DNA of 62,841 bases, filler included, from Candidatus Woesearchaeota archaeon (GTDB lineage: Archaea > Nanobdellota > Nanobdellia > Woesearchaeales > B72-G16), in the NCBI GenBank assembly GCA_003650545.1. It is 12 parts of 12 records of this genome, joined end to end, with 100 filler letters (N's around TTAATTAATTAA, not from the genome) between each part and the next. Parts side by side here need not be neighbours in the genome. Positions count along the whole stretch, not along the records: positions 47,996 to 52,893 come from QMQO01000070.1; positions 52,994 to 57,881 come from QMQO01000071.1; positions 57,982 to 62,841 come from QMQO01000072.1; 9 more parts are not named here. One strand, written 5' to 3'. Numbering within the stretch: position 1 is the first letter of the stretch; each line of letters opens with the position of its first letter. The position numbers and the translations under genes were made by a program. Shown piece by piece: positions 50,722 through 61,400 of the stretch. The notes beneath the pieces are model-generated. The model did not search any database and was not told where the DNA came from. It was given only the letters and a program-made list of their open reading frames with translations.

Positions 50722-51086
50722 ATCTTGATTTATTGCAAGAAAACTACTCACTAATCTTGCTTGTTATCATAGCTTTCATTGTTATTTCAAAGATTATACA
50801 GGATAGGAACAAAGACCTGCCACCAAAACCACCACCTGGATTCAAAGAGGCATATAATATTGAACAAGGTAATTATAACTTAGAGCAACGTAGAAATGAC
50901 TTGATTAACCAAATTAAGTTTGTTACTGAACAAAAGAATAGGCTTGAGAAAAATATGGATAAGATTAAATCAGAATACAAAAATAGGCAAGATGAATATT
51001 CTTTATACGACCAGCAATTATGGCTGACTCATAAATCATTAACACACCAACTGTCACTAATTGAAAAGTTAATCAAAAGTAAATAA
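50718..51086 (+). CDS. TM-anchored coiled-coil protein
   Basis: N-terminal TM, Pro-rich hinge, heptad-like helix. Confidence 0.65.
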   Translation: MNLDLLQENYSLILLVIIAFIVISKIIQDRNKDLPPKPPPGFKEAYNIEQGNYNLEQRRNDLINQIKFVTEQKNRLEKNMDKIKSEYKNRQDEYSLYDQQLWLTHKSLTHQLSLIEKLIKSK

Positions 51087-51104
51087 ATCTGCAAGGAGGT
51101 AGAA

Positions 51105-51314
51105 ATGGATTCAGATTTGTATAAAATAAGCAATTATATATCCAACCATAAAGGTGAAATAAAATTTTTGAATGAGCTTGTATCTGAAATTAACAATACA
51201 CCACCAATAAAAAAGAGGTTTACATCAAGAGAACTTGCACATAGGTTATCTTTGTGCAAGCATAAATTTGAGTGTAATGTTGAGATAATAAAGCCAGCAA
51301 TGTACAAATTTTAA
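51105..51314 (+). CDS. Small hypothetical protein, possibly winged helix
   Basis: GGAGGT RBS; 69 aa. Confidence 0.55.
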   Translation: MDSDLYKISNYISNHKGEIKFLNELVSEINNTPPIKKRFTSRELAHRLSLCKHKFECNVEIIKPAMYKF

Positions 51315-51324
51315 TTATGGAATG

Positions 51325-51702
51325 TTAAATCAATTCTTTTCTTTTTGCAATCCATTTATCAAAATCCATTGGCTCATGTCCGCTATACTCGCATTTACTT
51401 ACATATCTCTTATAATAGTCCATAACCAATTCACTTTTTCTTCCAGCTAGAATATCCTTTTCAAACAAGTCACTTTTAAACTTTCCTTCCTGTTTAACTC
51501 TTATAAAATAAACAAAAAGAATTAATGGCAGTATCCATTTCATAAGCATATACTTTCTGTAATACGCTGCAACAAAGAAAACAGCATACAAAAGAAAAGA
51601 CCATGCCTTTGGCTTCTTAAACTCTGATAGAATGTCAAATAAATCAAAAACTAATGATTTAATTGAATATACCAACAAATAGCCAAATTCCCTTATCCTC
51701 AT
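51325..51702 (-). CDS. Membrane protein
   Basis: Two central TMs; ATGA overlap. Confidence 0.65.
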   Translation of the reverse strand: MRIREFGYLLVYSIKSLVFDLFDILSEFKKPKAWSFLLYAVFFVAAYYRKYMLMKWILPLILFVYFIRVKQEGKFKSDLFEKDILAGRKSELVMDYYKRYVSKCEYSGHEPMDFDKWIAKRKELI

Positions 51703-52307
51703 TTTTCGCTACTAAAAAATTTTTCCAAAAATGAATCTTTCCTTACTGCTTTAACCCATGATGGCAACAATGACTTTTCAGCTACGCCTTCTCTTCCAGT
51801 AAATGGAGATATAGGTTCAATTAAGGTTGTAAATCCCCTTTCAGGACCTTTCATCATAACCTTGCCTATATAATATTTTGGTAATCTATATGGGTCTATT
51901 ATTGTGACACCAATCCTGTAAAACAAACCAGCACCATCCCTATGTTGTATATCAATTAATGGTCCAATTTTGGGTGTTGCCATTAGTGGGAACTGCCCCC
52001 ATGCTTTTTTTCTTATTGCTTCCCTTTCAACCAGCAATTCAGCTTCTTTTGGTGTTACTAAGTCTGTGGTGGCTTCATCCCTTCTTGATAATATGTAAAA
52101 TATAATCAGTATTCCAACAATGATTACAACATATTGGCCCTTTTCCTCTGTCATAATCATACTACGCCATACAAGAACTATTGCCACAATACCAGCAACC
52201 AACACAGTAGGAGGAACTTTCTGCCATGTTGGTTTTTTTTCTTTTTTCTTTTCATCCTCTTCCAATTCAGTTTCTTTTTCTTCAAACATTTTCCAAGCAA
52301 GCAACAT
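51699..52307 (-). CDS. Two-TM membrane protein with soluble C-terminal domain
   Basis: Charged N-terminus followed by two TMs. Confidence 0.7.
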   Translation of the reverse strand: MLLAWKMFEEKETELEEDEKKKEKKPTWQKVPPTVLVAGIVAIVLVWRSMIMTEEKGQYVVIIVGILIIFYILSRRDEATTDLVTPKEAELLVEREAIRKKAWGQFPLMATPKIGPLIDIQHRDGAGLFYRIGVTIIDPYRLPKYYIGKVMMKGPERGFTTLIEPISPFTGREGVAEKSLLPSWVKAVRKDSFLEKFFSSEK

Positions 52308-52893
52308 TATGCATTTTCTATCATATATGCCCTTTTCCTTTTGATTGTTAGTTTGTAAAGTATGTTTGTTCTTTTATCTGTAAGCTTTCTTGAACCACAG
52401 ATATGGCATTTTGTTTTGTTTGTGACTCTTGTCATTCTGATATTATCTGAATTGCAATATGGGCAAAGTTTTATGTTTTTATTTTCATCCCTTATAAACA
52501 CATCTTTAAAAAAAGTAGTGGTATAATTATATGATTGGCATGTAGGGCATCTTTGCTTTTTTCTAGATGGGTTTCTTTTGTAAGTTTTTCCACAGCCCTT
52601 GCATGTGATGCAATCTAAGCAAACACCGCATTTTTTGCATTTCCTATACTCTTCTTTTGAATTTGTTATTTCAGACACTTCCCAGCTATGCATTAGTTGA
52701 AAATGCTTCTGTATATGGATTATATCCCCTTCAAATTTTTCAGATGCTATTATCTCAACTTCATCATTAAATGCAAGTAAAGACAACAGTTGCCTGGCCT
52801 TTTTTGTGTAAATATCCTGCTTGAAGTCTGTTTTGTATGTTGCACCACACTTGCATCTGGCTAGTGCATAATGCACACCACATTGATGTGTAT
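52307..52893 (-). CDS. Multi-CxxC zinc-finger protein (probably 5'-truncated)
   Basis: CKKC, CLDC, CKGC, CPTC, CPYC, CHIC; frame open to the gap. Confidence 0.7.
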
Positions 52894-52993
52894 NNNNNNN
52901 NNNNNNNNNNNNNNNNNNNNNNNNNNNNNNNNNNNNNTTAATTAATTAANNNNNNNNNNNNNNNNNNNNNNNNNNNNNNNNNNNNNNNNNNNN

Positions 52994-53191
52994 AGATAGG
53001 ACGTTGGCTACTCGTTCTATAAAATCTATGGGTATTTCTTTGGTTTCTTTGTAATATTCTGGTTTGCTACTATCGACTTGGTGCCAGTGGTAGTATAGTG
53101 GGTTTATGATGGGGGTTGGATCGTCTATTATGAGTGAGACGGGGATTTTGTTTTTTGGGTAAAGTACTCTAAGCTTGTGTGTGAAGCTCAT
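52994..53191 (-). CDS. Hypothetical protein N-terminus (3'-truncated), possibly polysaccharide-deacetylase-like
   Basis: PVSLIIDDP motif. Confidence 0.45.
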
Positions 53192-53331
53192 GTTTAATTA
53201 TGTTATGAGTTTTAAGGATAAATTTTTGATGCATATGCATTAGAAATTTCATGATCGTTTAATATGTTTTAGGAATATTTTATACTTTAATAAAATTGAG
53301 GAAGTTTGGGAAAATCATTATGATAGCTGTT

Positions 53332-54768
53332 TTAAATGGTTCCTCTTCTTCGTAAGAATACGAATACTGCGACTGTTGCTACTGCGATTATTCCTGCTAT
53401 TAACCAGATGCTAATGCCTCCTTTCTTTTCGCCGAAGCCTGATGGTACTTCATAGCTTTTTAGGACATCTTGAGGTGTTATTAGATAGGTGCCCCATTTC
53501 CATGGTGTACCTCTAGTGCATATTAGTTCTACTATGACAACGTCACTGGCTTTTATTGAGTGTACTCCTGAATCAAGTAGTACGTATTGGTCTCTCTTTA
53601 GTCTTTGAGTTACTCCATCTATCGTTACTTTAACGTCTTTGGGGGCAAAGAGGACGCCTACTGTAGGGACGAAGATTTTTGTAAGTTCGTTAGGTCTTAT
53701 TCCCATCATGCTTACGTCTGGTCCCATATTCTCTGGTGTCTCAGAGCCACCTGTGCTACCAGCTAGGACTGTGATTTTACCTGTACTTTTTATTATTACT
53801 TCTTTCTTTACCTTGCCTAATTTGTAGAACCAGTAAGTATCCTGTGCTACATCGGTTTCTGTAAATGTCTTTTCAGCAATCTTATCCATTGAGGTTTCGT
53901 ATATTGTGACTTTACCTGGTTCGCATGGTACTATTATTAGGGCTGCAGTACCACCAGATACGTCATAGGTAAGGTATGTGAGGGCGAAGAATATTTTTCC
54001 TACATAGCCGCCTGTTACTGCGGGTACTGCCATGAATGATTCTGCTGTTACTGCTGCTACCATTACATAGTCATCGGTTGTTAATCTAAAGATCATGGAG
54101 TTTCCAGCGCCACGTGCTGGTTCCCCGTGTCCAACTCTGCACCAGAGTAAATATCTTTTACATGCTTGTTGATCTACTTCACCGCTTGCAGACCATTTTC
54201 CTGATGAGTCTAGTACTTTGAATTTAGTCTTTGCAAGACCCATTATTAGTAAGTTGTAGCCCATTCTAGTAGGTATGTAGCTGTCTGAAACTGTAAAGGG
54301 TATGAAGACAAAATCTGTACCTATGAACCCTCCCTCGGTAGAGGGATAGAAGCCTGAAGTCTCAAGGCTGTCCCCTCCCATTAGCATGGCTGCTATTCTT
54401 TTGTTGCTTATTATTTTGAAGTATGTTCCGTATGGTATGAATACTGTCCTCTTCTCCATAGAATTAACAGTAACCGAGGCTATTTCTTCTCCAGTTGATA
54501 TATCAATAACACTAACTCTAGTATTATCTTCTGTTCCTATTATGTCTAGTAGTGCTGTTCCAGGGGGTGGTGTGTAATTCCTTATCTCACCATTAATCAG
54601 CTCATCAATATTACCAATATCAGTACTAGGAGGAACATAACCATAGTAAACATACTCACCTTGTGATCTTGTAGTTATGAGAGCTATTGGTAGTAGTATG
54701 ATTATTGCTAAAGTTGTTATAAGAAGTGATCTATTAATGCTATAGGCTCTTCTGCTCCTGCTAATCAT
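53332..54768 (-). CDS. Secreted beta-rich protein with C-terminal TM (IgGFc-binding N-terminal-like)
   Basis: Signal peptide after GGAGG RBS; IIGTEDNTRVSV, ISNKRIA and ASDVVIV patterns; TM followed by RRR. Confidence 0.7.
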   Translation of the reverse strand: MISRSRRAYSINRSLLITTLAIIILLPIALITTRSQGEYVYYGYVPPSTDIGNIDELINGEIRNYTPPPGTALLDIIGTEDNTRVSVIDISTGEEIASVTVNSMEKRTVFIPYGTYFKIISNKRIAAMLMGGDSLETSGFYPSTEGGFIGTDFVFIPFTVSDSYIPTRMGYNLLIMGLAKTKFKVLDSSGKWSASGEVDQQACKRYLLWCRVGHGEPARGAGNSMIFRLTTDDYVMVAAVTAESFMAVPAVTGGYVGKIFFALTYLTYDVSGGTAALIIVPCEPGKVTIYETSMDKIAEKTFTETDVAQDTYWFYKLGKVKKEVIIKSTGKITVLAGSTGGSETPENMGPDVSMMGIRPNELTKIFVPTVGVLFAPKDVKVTIDGVTQRLKRDQYVLLDSGVHSIKASDVVIVELICTRGTPWKWGTYLITPQDVLKSYEVPSGFGEKKGGISIWLIAGIIAVATVAVFVFLRRRGTI

Positions 54769-55170
54769 AGGTATATCCTCCTTCTGCTGAAAAATGATCA
54801 TTATTAACTATCAAGTAGTGTACATATAAGTTTAAAGTCTATGATTATCGTTTCTCCTATCATTTATCATAATTTACTTGTAAGTCTTCTTTATGATACT
54901 GGTATAACTCTTATATTGATAAGAATCTGTATTATAAGGACTTCATTATTAGAGGGGTGATAATTGAAAACTCTTTTTCATTGTTTAAGATTTCATGTTT
55001 CCATTGGATAGAAGTCGACAATGTTACATATCTCCCAAGGATTGTCTTATACTTTCATCCTTTCTTTATTTCTTCGTTTGAAGACAGAAAAATTATCTGA
55101 AAGTATCTATTCTTTATAAAAAGTCTTAAATAATTAATATTATCTATAGATTTGTAATGAGGGCTTATTT

Positions 55171-57189
55171 ATGAGTGAAGAAGAAAAGGTGAAAGGTGTA
55201 TCTCCCAAGATATGGGCTTATATAACGATATGGACGCTCTTCTGGACAATACTAGTAACCCTTTCAACGCTCTTCATCCCACAGCCATGGGCTTCGGGCT
55301 CTAATCTAGGCCCTTCTGGATTTGTATTAATGATTGCGACAGGGCCCTACATGGTAATGTGGATCCTCTCAATACTTGTTGACGCTAAGATAATAAAGCC
55401 TATGCGCAAGGATGTCTTAGCATTAATATACATTACTACGCTAATCGTAGTTTGGTGGTGTACTTATAAGGGATTCTACTGTAGTTTTGCAGGGTTAAGC
55501 CACGCTAGGCTTGAGAATCAAGAAATACACGGATGGGCTCTACCCAATTTCTGGATGCCTTCTGCTGAAGCGATTAGAGCTAGCTTCTTCCCTCATTCTG
55601 AAGGGGCCTTCTTTGCGAACTTAAATGAATGGCTTCCGGTAACATTCACGTGGTCTTATTTTGGCTTTATAACTGCTATATTCTCCTATGGTCTTGCTAT
55701 TATCTATAGACGCTTATGGGTCGATATTGAGATGTTTCCTTTCCCACACGCGCAGGGCTGGCTTATTGGTGAGATGGCTGCTGAGGGTGTATATGGTAGT
55801 GAGACTGCAAGGAGAAGGAAGAAAGTAATATACATAGCAGCAATAATTACGTTCATATGGTATCTCCCCTTCATAGCTTATACTGCCTATCCTGGCTTAC
55901 CTGACTTCTATGGATGGCTTAAGTCACCGTACTATATCCGTTGGGCTCCTGGTGCCTTTCAAATACAGGATGCATATCCATCATTAAGGTCGATAATCGC
56001 AGGGCCTTTGAATATTTCAACAAACATTATATACTATGCTGTCATGTTCTTAGCACCTATAGATGCCTTACTTTCAATAACAGTAGCATATCTACTGTTC
56101 ATGCTTATCTTACCTCAGATTCTCTACTACTTTGGTTACTACTCAGGGATTTTCACTGCTACTACAGGGGGTAAGAACAGCCTAGTTCAGCGTCAAGATC
56201 CATTAAAACTCAATGCTATGGATGTAGGTATGGCTATAGGCATATTTCTCTTCCACTTTATAGCGAACTGGAGATACTACCTAGATACATTAAAACGTAT
56301 AAAGGAGAAAGTAGCTCCTGGTGACATACCTTACCTATGGGGCTATTTATTAGCAATAGTTGGTGCTTTAGGATTGGTAGCTCTCTTTGTAGCGAGCGGT
56401 GTAAGACCATGGGTAGCTCTATGGGCAGTGATAGTAGTATGGTTCCAGTTCACAGTATTCACTCGTGGTCATGCTTATACGGCTGCAGGACCTATTATTA
56501 GAGGAAGAACGTTCTTCAAATGGATCTGGGGAGAAACCATGCAACCAGCACCTCGTTGCACAGCAGAGCAACTTTTCCTAGGTACTCAGGTTAATTGGGT
56601 TCTCTCAGGTTCCGATACCTTTATGGGATATGCTCCACTAGCTAATGGTCTAGATTCCTTTAAAGTAGCTAGTATGGCTGGTCTTTCACCTATGGATGCC
56701 TTTAAGGCTATGATGATTGCTACTGTCATAGTCTCAGTAATACATGTTGCTTTAACATTCTACTGGTTACACTACTTTGGCTTTATGGTAATACCTGCTA
56801 GTAAAGAATGGGACTTCATGTGGACTGGCGACTCTGGCTGGTATAATAACTGGCCTGCATACCCACCGTACTGGCCACATATGCTAGCAGGTATTGTAAT
56901 AGCTGTTGCAATCTACTTTATGAGACTTCGTTATGCTTGGTGGCCATTAGAACCTATAGGCTTCTGTGTAGCACTAAATACTCAAGGAGGCGGTTACTAC
57001 CCGGCAATAGGATCCCTTACAGCACCCATTGTTTGGATTATAAAGTATGTACTAATAAAGATAGGCGGAAGAAGAGCCTATGAAGAGTATGGAGTACCAG
57101 CAGCCTTAGGCATAATAGCAGGTTATACAACGGGCGTCTTAGTAAACAGTTTAGTAGCTACAGCAAGGTGGGCTATGGGCGGCGTATAA
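55171..57189 (+). CDS. Polytopic OPT-like membrane transporter (DUF6785/DUF6784-like)
   Basis: Many TMs; RRLWVDIEMFPFP, YAWWPLEPIG and KIGGRRAYEE motifs. Confidence 0.75.
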   Translation: MSEEEKVKGVSPKIWAYITIWTLFWTILVTLSTLFIPQPWASGSNLGPSGFVLMIATGPYMVMWILSILVDAKIIKPMRKDVLALIYITTLIVVWWCTYKGFYCSFAGLSHARLENQEIHGWALPNFWMPSAEAIRASFFPHSEGAFFANLNEWLPVTFTWSYFGFITAIFSYGLAIIYRRLWVDIEMFPFPHAQGWLIGEMAAEGVYGSETARRRKKVIYIAAIITFIWYLPFIAYTAYPGLPDFYGWLKSPYYIRWAPGAFQIQDAYPSLRSIIAGPLNISTNIIYYAVMFLAPIDALLSITVAYLLFMLILPQILYYFGYYSGIFTATTGGKNSLVQRQDPLKLNAMDVGMAIGIFLFHFIANWRYYLDTLKRIKEKVAPGDIPYLWGYLLAIVGALGLVALFVASGVRPWVALWAVIVVWFQFTVFTRGHAYTAAGPIIRGRTFFKWIWGETMQPAPRCTAEQLFLGTQVNWVLSGSDTFMGYAPLANGLDSFKVASMAGLSPMDAFKAMMIATVIVSVIHVALTFYWLHYFGFMVIPASKEWDFMWTGDSGWYNNWPAYPPYWPHMLAGIVIAVAIYFMRLRYAWWPLEPIGFCVALNTQGGGYYPAIGSLTAPIVWIIKYVLIKIGGRRAYEEYGVPAALGIIAGYTTGVLVNSLVATARWAMGGV

Positions 57190-57425
57190 GGGCCAATAAT
57201 CATTGCCCTATTTTTTATTATATTTTTATTATAGTAATTGGTTAACTCTACAGCTGTTTTCTCAAATCAGTTATCAGCGATCTTAGGTAAGTCTGTAGTA
57301 ATAATGTCTGCAACTAGAAATCCTATTATTACAATTAACAATTAAAACGCCCTTTTAATTCTAAAAAGCTAAATTCTTTGAAATTTTTCAATTATTCATT
57401 CTTCTTACTAAAAGGCATGTTAAGT

Positions 57426-57749
57426 TTATCTGGAGAGAATTATAGGTCGTTTTTCTACTAAGGCTTGCGTAATTTTCTTTCGACCACTACTTAGAGTTCT
57501 CCATAAAGTACCTCTTGAGACTCCCATACGTCTAGCTGCTTCTTCTTGAGTAAGGTTCTCTAGGTAAACAAGCCTTAGTGCTTCTAGTTCGTCTGGCATT
57601 ATATATATAGGCTCATTAGAAATTGGTAGACCTCTTTCATCAAGTGGTATAAAAGTAACATAACGCATCTCTATACTAATTATCCTATGCTTAGGTGGTC
57701 TTCCTCTTCCTCTTCGTCCCCAGCGCCATCTCCAAGGTGGTCCATACAT
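57426..57749 (-). CDS. DUF134-family predicted DNA-binding protein
   Basis: GRPPKHR, DELEALRLV..ENLTQEEAARRMGVSRGT.WR.L.SGRKK. Confidence 0.92.
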   Translation of the reverse strand: MYGPPWRWRWGRRGRGRPPKHRIISIEMRYVTFIPLDERGLPISNEPIYIMPDELEALRLVYLENLTQEEAARRMGVSRGTLWRTLSSGRKKITQALVEKRPIILSR

Positions 57750-58105
57750 TATATGACAAGCCTCCTAGACCCTCTAATAGGGGATACACATAAATGATAT
57801 CTAGACCATATAGTACCTCTCATTATTTATAATCCTTACCTTGATTATGCCTTCTTTAATTAATCTCTCTATCACTCTAAGNNNNNNNNNNNNNNNNNNN
57901 NNNNNNNNNNNNNNNNNNNNNNNNNTTAATTAATTAANNNNNNNNNNNNNNNNNNNNNNNNNNNNNNNNNNNNNNNNNNNNCCCACTCTCCCGACTCTGC
58001 CTTAAAGAGAGGTTTTATATCATCGACGAGAGGAGAATCTGTATAAAAGGACTCGTCACCAATTTTTAGGAGCATAAAAAGAATTGTTAAAAGAAATTAA
58101 AAAAA

Positions 58106-58477
58106 TTATGCAAACCATATTAGCCAAGCATTTATCGCAACAAAGAGCAACGTCAGGAACACCTGTCCCCAGCTCAACCCCTTGAATATGCTGATGGCGT
58201 TTCTGATGCCGAGGACAAGAGTGAACACTGCCACAAGCACTATGAGCCAGTCCACATCAGGAAAGCTGGAAATCTGTGGCTCTAAAAGAAGCCACGACCA
58301 CCAGAGCATGATTGCACCGATTGCAGTAAAAGCCAATCTTCGCAGAAGTTCCATAGCTCCGTATTCGATGTTTTCAAATATGCTCATTGTGAGTGGGGGA
58401 TGCTGGTAGTACCTGCTACTGCTTACTCCATCCAACCTCCTGAAGAATCTGTACTTTTTCCTCATCATGCGAACCAC
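58106..58477 (-). CDS. Small three-TM membrane protein
   Basis: Basic N-terminus with KYRFFRRLDG, three hydrophobic helices, followed by a T-rich terminator-like tract. Confidence 0.75.
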   Translation of the reverse strand: MVRMMRKKYRFFRRLDGVSSSRYYQHPPLTMSIFENIEYGAMELLRRLAFTAIGAIMLWWSWLLLEPQISSFPDVDWLIVLVAVFTLVLGIRNAISIFKGLSWGQVFLTLLFVAINAWLIWFA

Positions 58478-58495
58478 CCCTCTAAAAAATTAAGG

Positions 58496-61400
58496 TTATT
58501 TGAGCCTCCTGAAGAACCTGAACCTCTTGGTGCTCTTCTCCTCGGCTGTCAGTCCGTATTTGCTCGGCACTTCTTCTCCGTCCAGCCTCCTGAAGAACCT
58601 GTATCTCGGCTTAGTCCTCTCCTTCACTGTCCCCAGCAGAGAATGGACTACAGCGAGGACGAAGAGTATCGCAATCAGTATTACCAGAAGCCAGAGCCAC
58701 CACGGTATGTTCCATATCGTCACCTGAATCCTCTGGTAGTCGTTCTCAGTCCAGTAGTCTACGGTTGCCGATGAGACGTTCCATGTGTGGGTCTCGTAAA
58801 CACCGCTAAAGTTGAACTGCTGTGCTTCAACTGCTTGCCCTATTACAGGTGCTGTAGCTTTTAGCCTGACCTTCATTTCAGGTTCTGTTATTTCCACATG
58901 TGCTGTTCCTATTACATCCTCGGTGTCCTCATCGTAGACGCTGACGGTAGTCCCCCTGCCGATTGCATTCGACCTCAGTCCTACGGTAATGTCAACGTCT
59001 TGCCCACTCTGGACGAGGAGTGCTCCTACGGAAACATTACTGACTTCAGTATCTGGGAATATCTTAATCGTTGTGTTGACGTAGTTGTTCCATCCCATGT
59101 ATTCCCACGGATGGTAGATTGAAGCGTTTACGACGATTTTATCTGTGAACGGAACTGTAATGGTTGTGTTATACCAGATTGTAGTGTTTGGCTTGAACGT
59201 TGCCACAACATCCTGATGTCTTTCTATAGGCATCAGCTTCTTTGCAAAGAGGTCGTGCTTGTTTACGTCCGCCCTGATTTCTATCCCTGAGAGCTTGCAC
59301 GGAATCATGTAGCCGATGTCTACTTCAATAACGTCCTCTGGCAGAATTGCAAGCGGGGTCTTCTGCTTAACTGGTTTCCAGAGCACCGTCACAGACAGGT
59401 CTATGAACGGCTTGATGGTCACGCTGTTGCTCCTCATCCTGTTGTTTTCAGAGTTGGTATCCTGCTCGTAGCTCGTTATAGTAACTTCCACAGCAACATA
59501 CTTGGTCTCGTTTCTCACACCGAGGTAGACCCAGTTCATGATGTAGTTCACTCCCGCTTTCACATCAACAGTCAACTCGGTTTCATTCAGCGTTTCGTTC
59601 GTATCAACGTCGAAGGCTCTGTAGTGGAGCGTTACTGTCTGTGGCACATTCGAGAACACCCATGTTTCAACGAGATGCGGAGTCTCTCCATAGTACCAGC
59701 CCATACCCCAGTGGATTTTCAGAACTACATCGCTAATTGCAACCTCTGGAGCGAAGTAATCCGAATCTTCGGGAACTGTTGCAACAACCCTCTTATCTTT
59801 GTCCATTGTTATACCAGTAAAGTTGAATGTGTGGTTGCCCGCAACCACTTCGATATCTACAACCTTCCCTGACTCAATCATGAACCTCGCAAGACCCAAG
59901 CTGTCTGTATCCTGAGTGAACAGTACTGTTGAAGTGGCATTATCCTTCACCGTTACGGTTGCACCTTCGTAAGGAGCACCATCCCTGTACTGGACAAGTG
60001 CTTCGAGCTTGTAGTATCCCGTCACTCCTTCTGGATTCAACGGTATAACCACAGACATGTTGTCGAAGACGTTCAGACTTCCTTCATAGGTCTGATATCC
60101 GCTCTTCTCAACCCTTATGCTGTGGAATCCAGTAATGGTGGTGTCATTAGCCCATCCGCTGGCATCAGTTGTGCCAAACAGACTTCCGTCGAGGTAGACA
60201 TCCGCACCCTGAAGTGCTGTGAGGTTTACAGCATCCACAACCCTGACGTTCAGCACCACAGGAGTTTCGCTTGGCGGTAGGTTCGGTGGTGGGAAGTAAG
60301 TCACCCTGTCCGAGTCATCAGACAGAACCTTGTTGTATGTGGCGTTCACTATTGTTCCGACTGCTTCAAAGAACCCCCTCGGAGCATGCTCAATGGCTTC
60401 TGCCACAAACTTCTGTATGTCGTAGAACTGTGTGTAGGTGTCGTTCGCAGGTATTGTTACAGTAAGCGTTCTCGTTTCATTCATTGTGTAGACGGGTTTG
60501 TCCTCGCTGTCGAGATATCCTGCCCTCAGCACTATCTCCACATCCACTGTGTTGTCCTCCGTACCCGTAGCTCCGAGCCACACAACGAGCTGTCTCGGTA
60601 TCACACTTGCCCTGTTCGTTCCGTTTAGATACAGTCCTATCCACGCATTCCCGATTGCCGATGTGTTGTTAGCAGGCAAGGGCTGTGTATCGTTTATCGG
60701 CAGGGTTTCGTTCTTCTCTGGCTCATAAGGCTTCACTGGTTCGGTGTACCAGTATCTGAAGATGTATCTCTTACACGTCTGCATTCTCGCTCCGTTTGAT
60801 GGGTCGAGGAACTTGGGGTCTTGAGTTACGTAGTAGTACCTCTTACCGCTTGGAGAAGATGTATCGTCTATTACCTGACTCAGCTCGAAGTAATTCGTGA
60901 TTTCGAGGGGTTCAACCCTGCCGTAGAGGAGCTTAATTTCTCTCTCTGCATACTCCATCGGATAAGGCATGTCAACGAATTCCATCCTCTTTGTGACTAT
61001 TACGAGGTTGTTTTCTCCGTATTTCCAGTCGTAGTGGAAGTTAGCTTCGTAATAGCCACCCCTATCGACCATAGGTGTTTTTACGAGTGTGGTTGTCTTT
61101 AGCTGGAATATGGCTCTCATGTGCTCTGCGTTCGGGAATCTCACAATGAGCTTGTCAGTCCCTACTGGCAATGTGAATTGTGCAATTGCTCCATCCGTGC
61201 TCGGTGAAACATCGTACTCCTGACCGTTTATCTCGACCTTCGGTATGAGCGATGCTATTTCCTCTGGGTCTTTCGTCTCGAATCCCGACACTATTCCAGA
61301 TACCTGTATGCTGTTTCCGTAGACGATTGTTGCAAGAGCTTCGTGGTAACCTCCTCCGAGGAGGTCGAACGACGATGCGTAACCAGACGTAATTGTATCT

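Larger units (their letters stand above)
47996..52893. mobile_element. Virus/provirus-like region of small genes
   Basis: Many short overlapping orphan ORFs, a phage-type methyltransferase, two converging gene blocks. Confidence 0.55.

Noticed and set aside
5333..57981. Recurring TTAATTAATTAA within N runs as a biological repeat, and any gene neighbourhood spanning the gaps
   Set aside because: Identical 100-nt linkers between length-sorted contigs of different composition; they are artificial, so cross-gap context is meaningless.
58427..58606. Three CCTCCTGAAGAA-containing DNA repeats as a mini-CRISPR array
   Set aside because: Spacing is irregular (69 and 81 bp), all copies are in coding frame, and core differences are synonymous, so a peptide motif explains them better.
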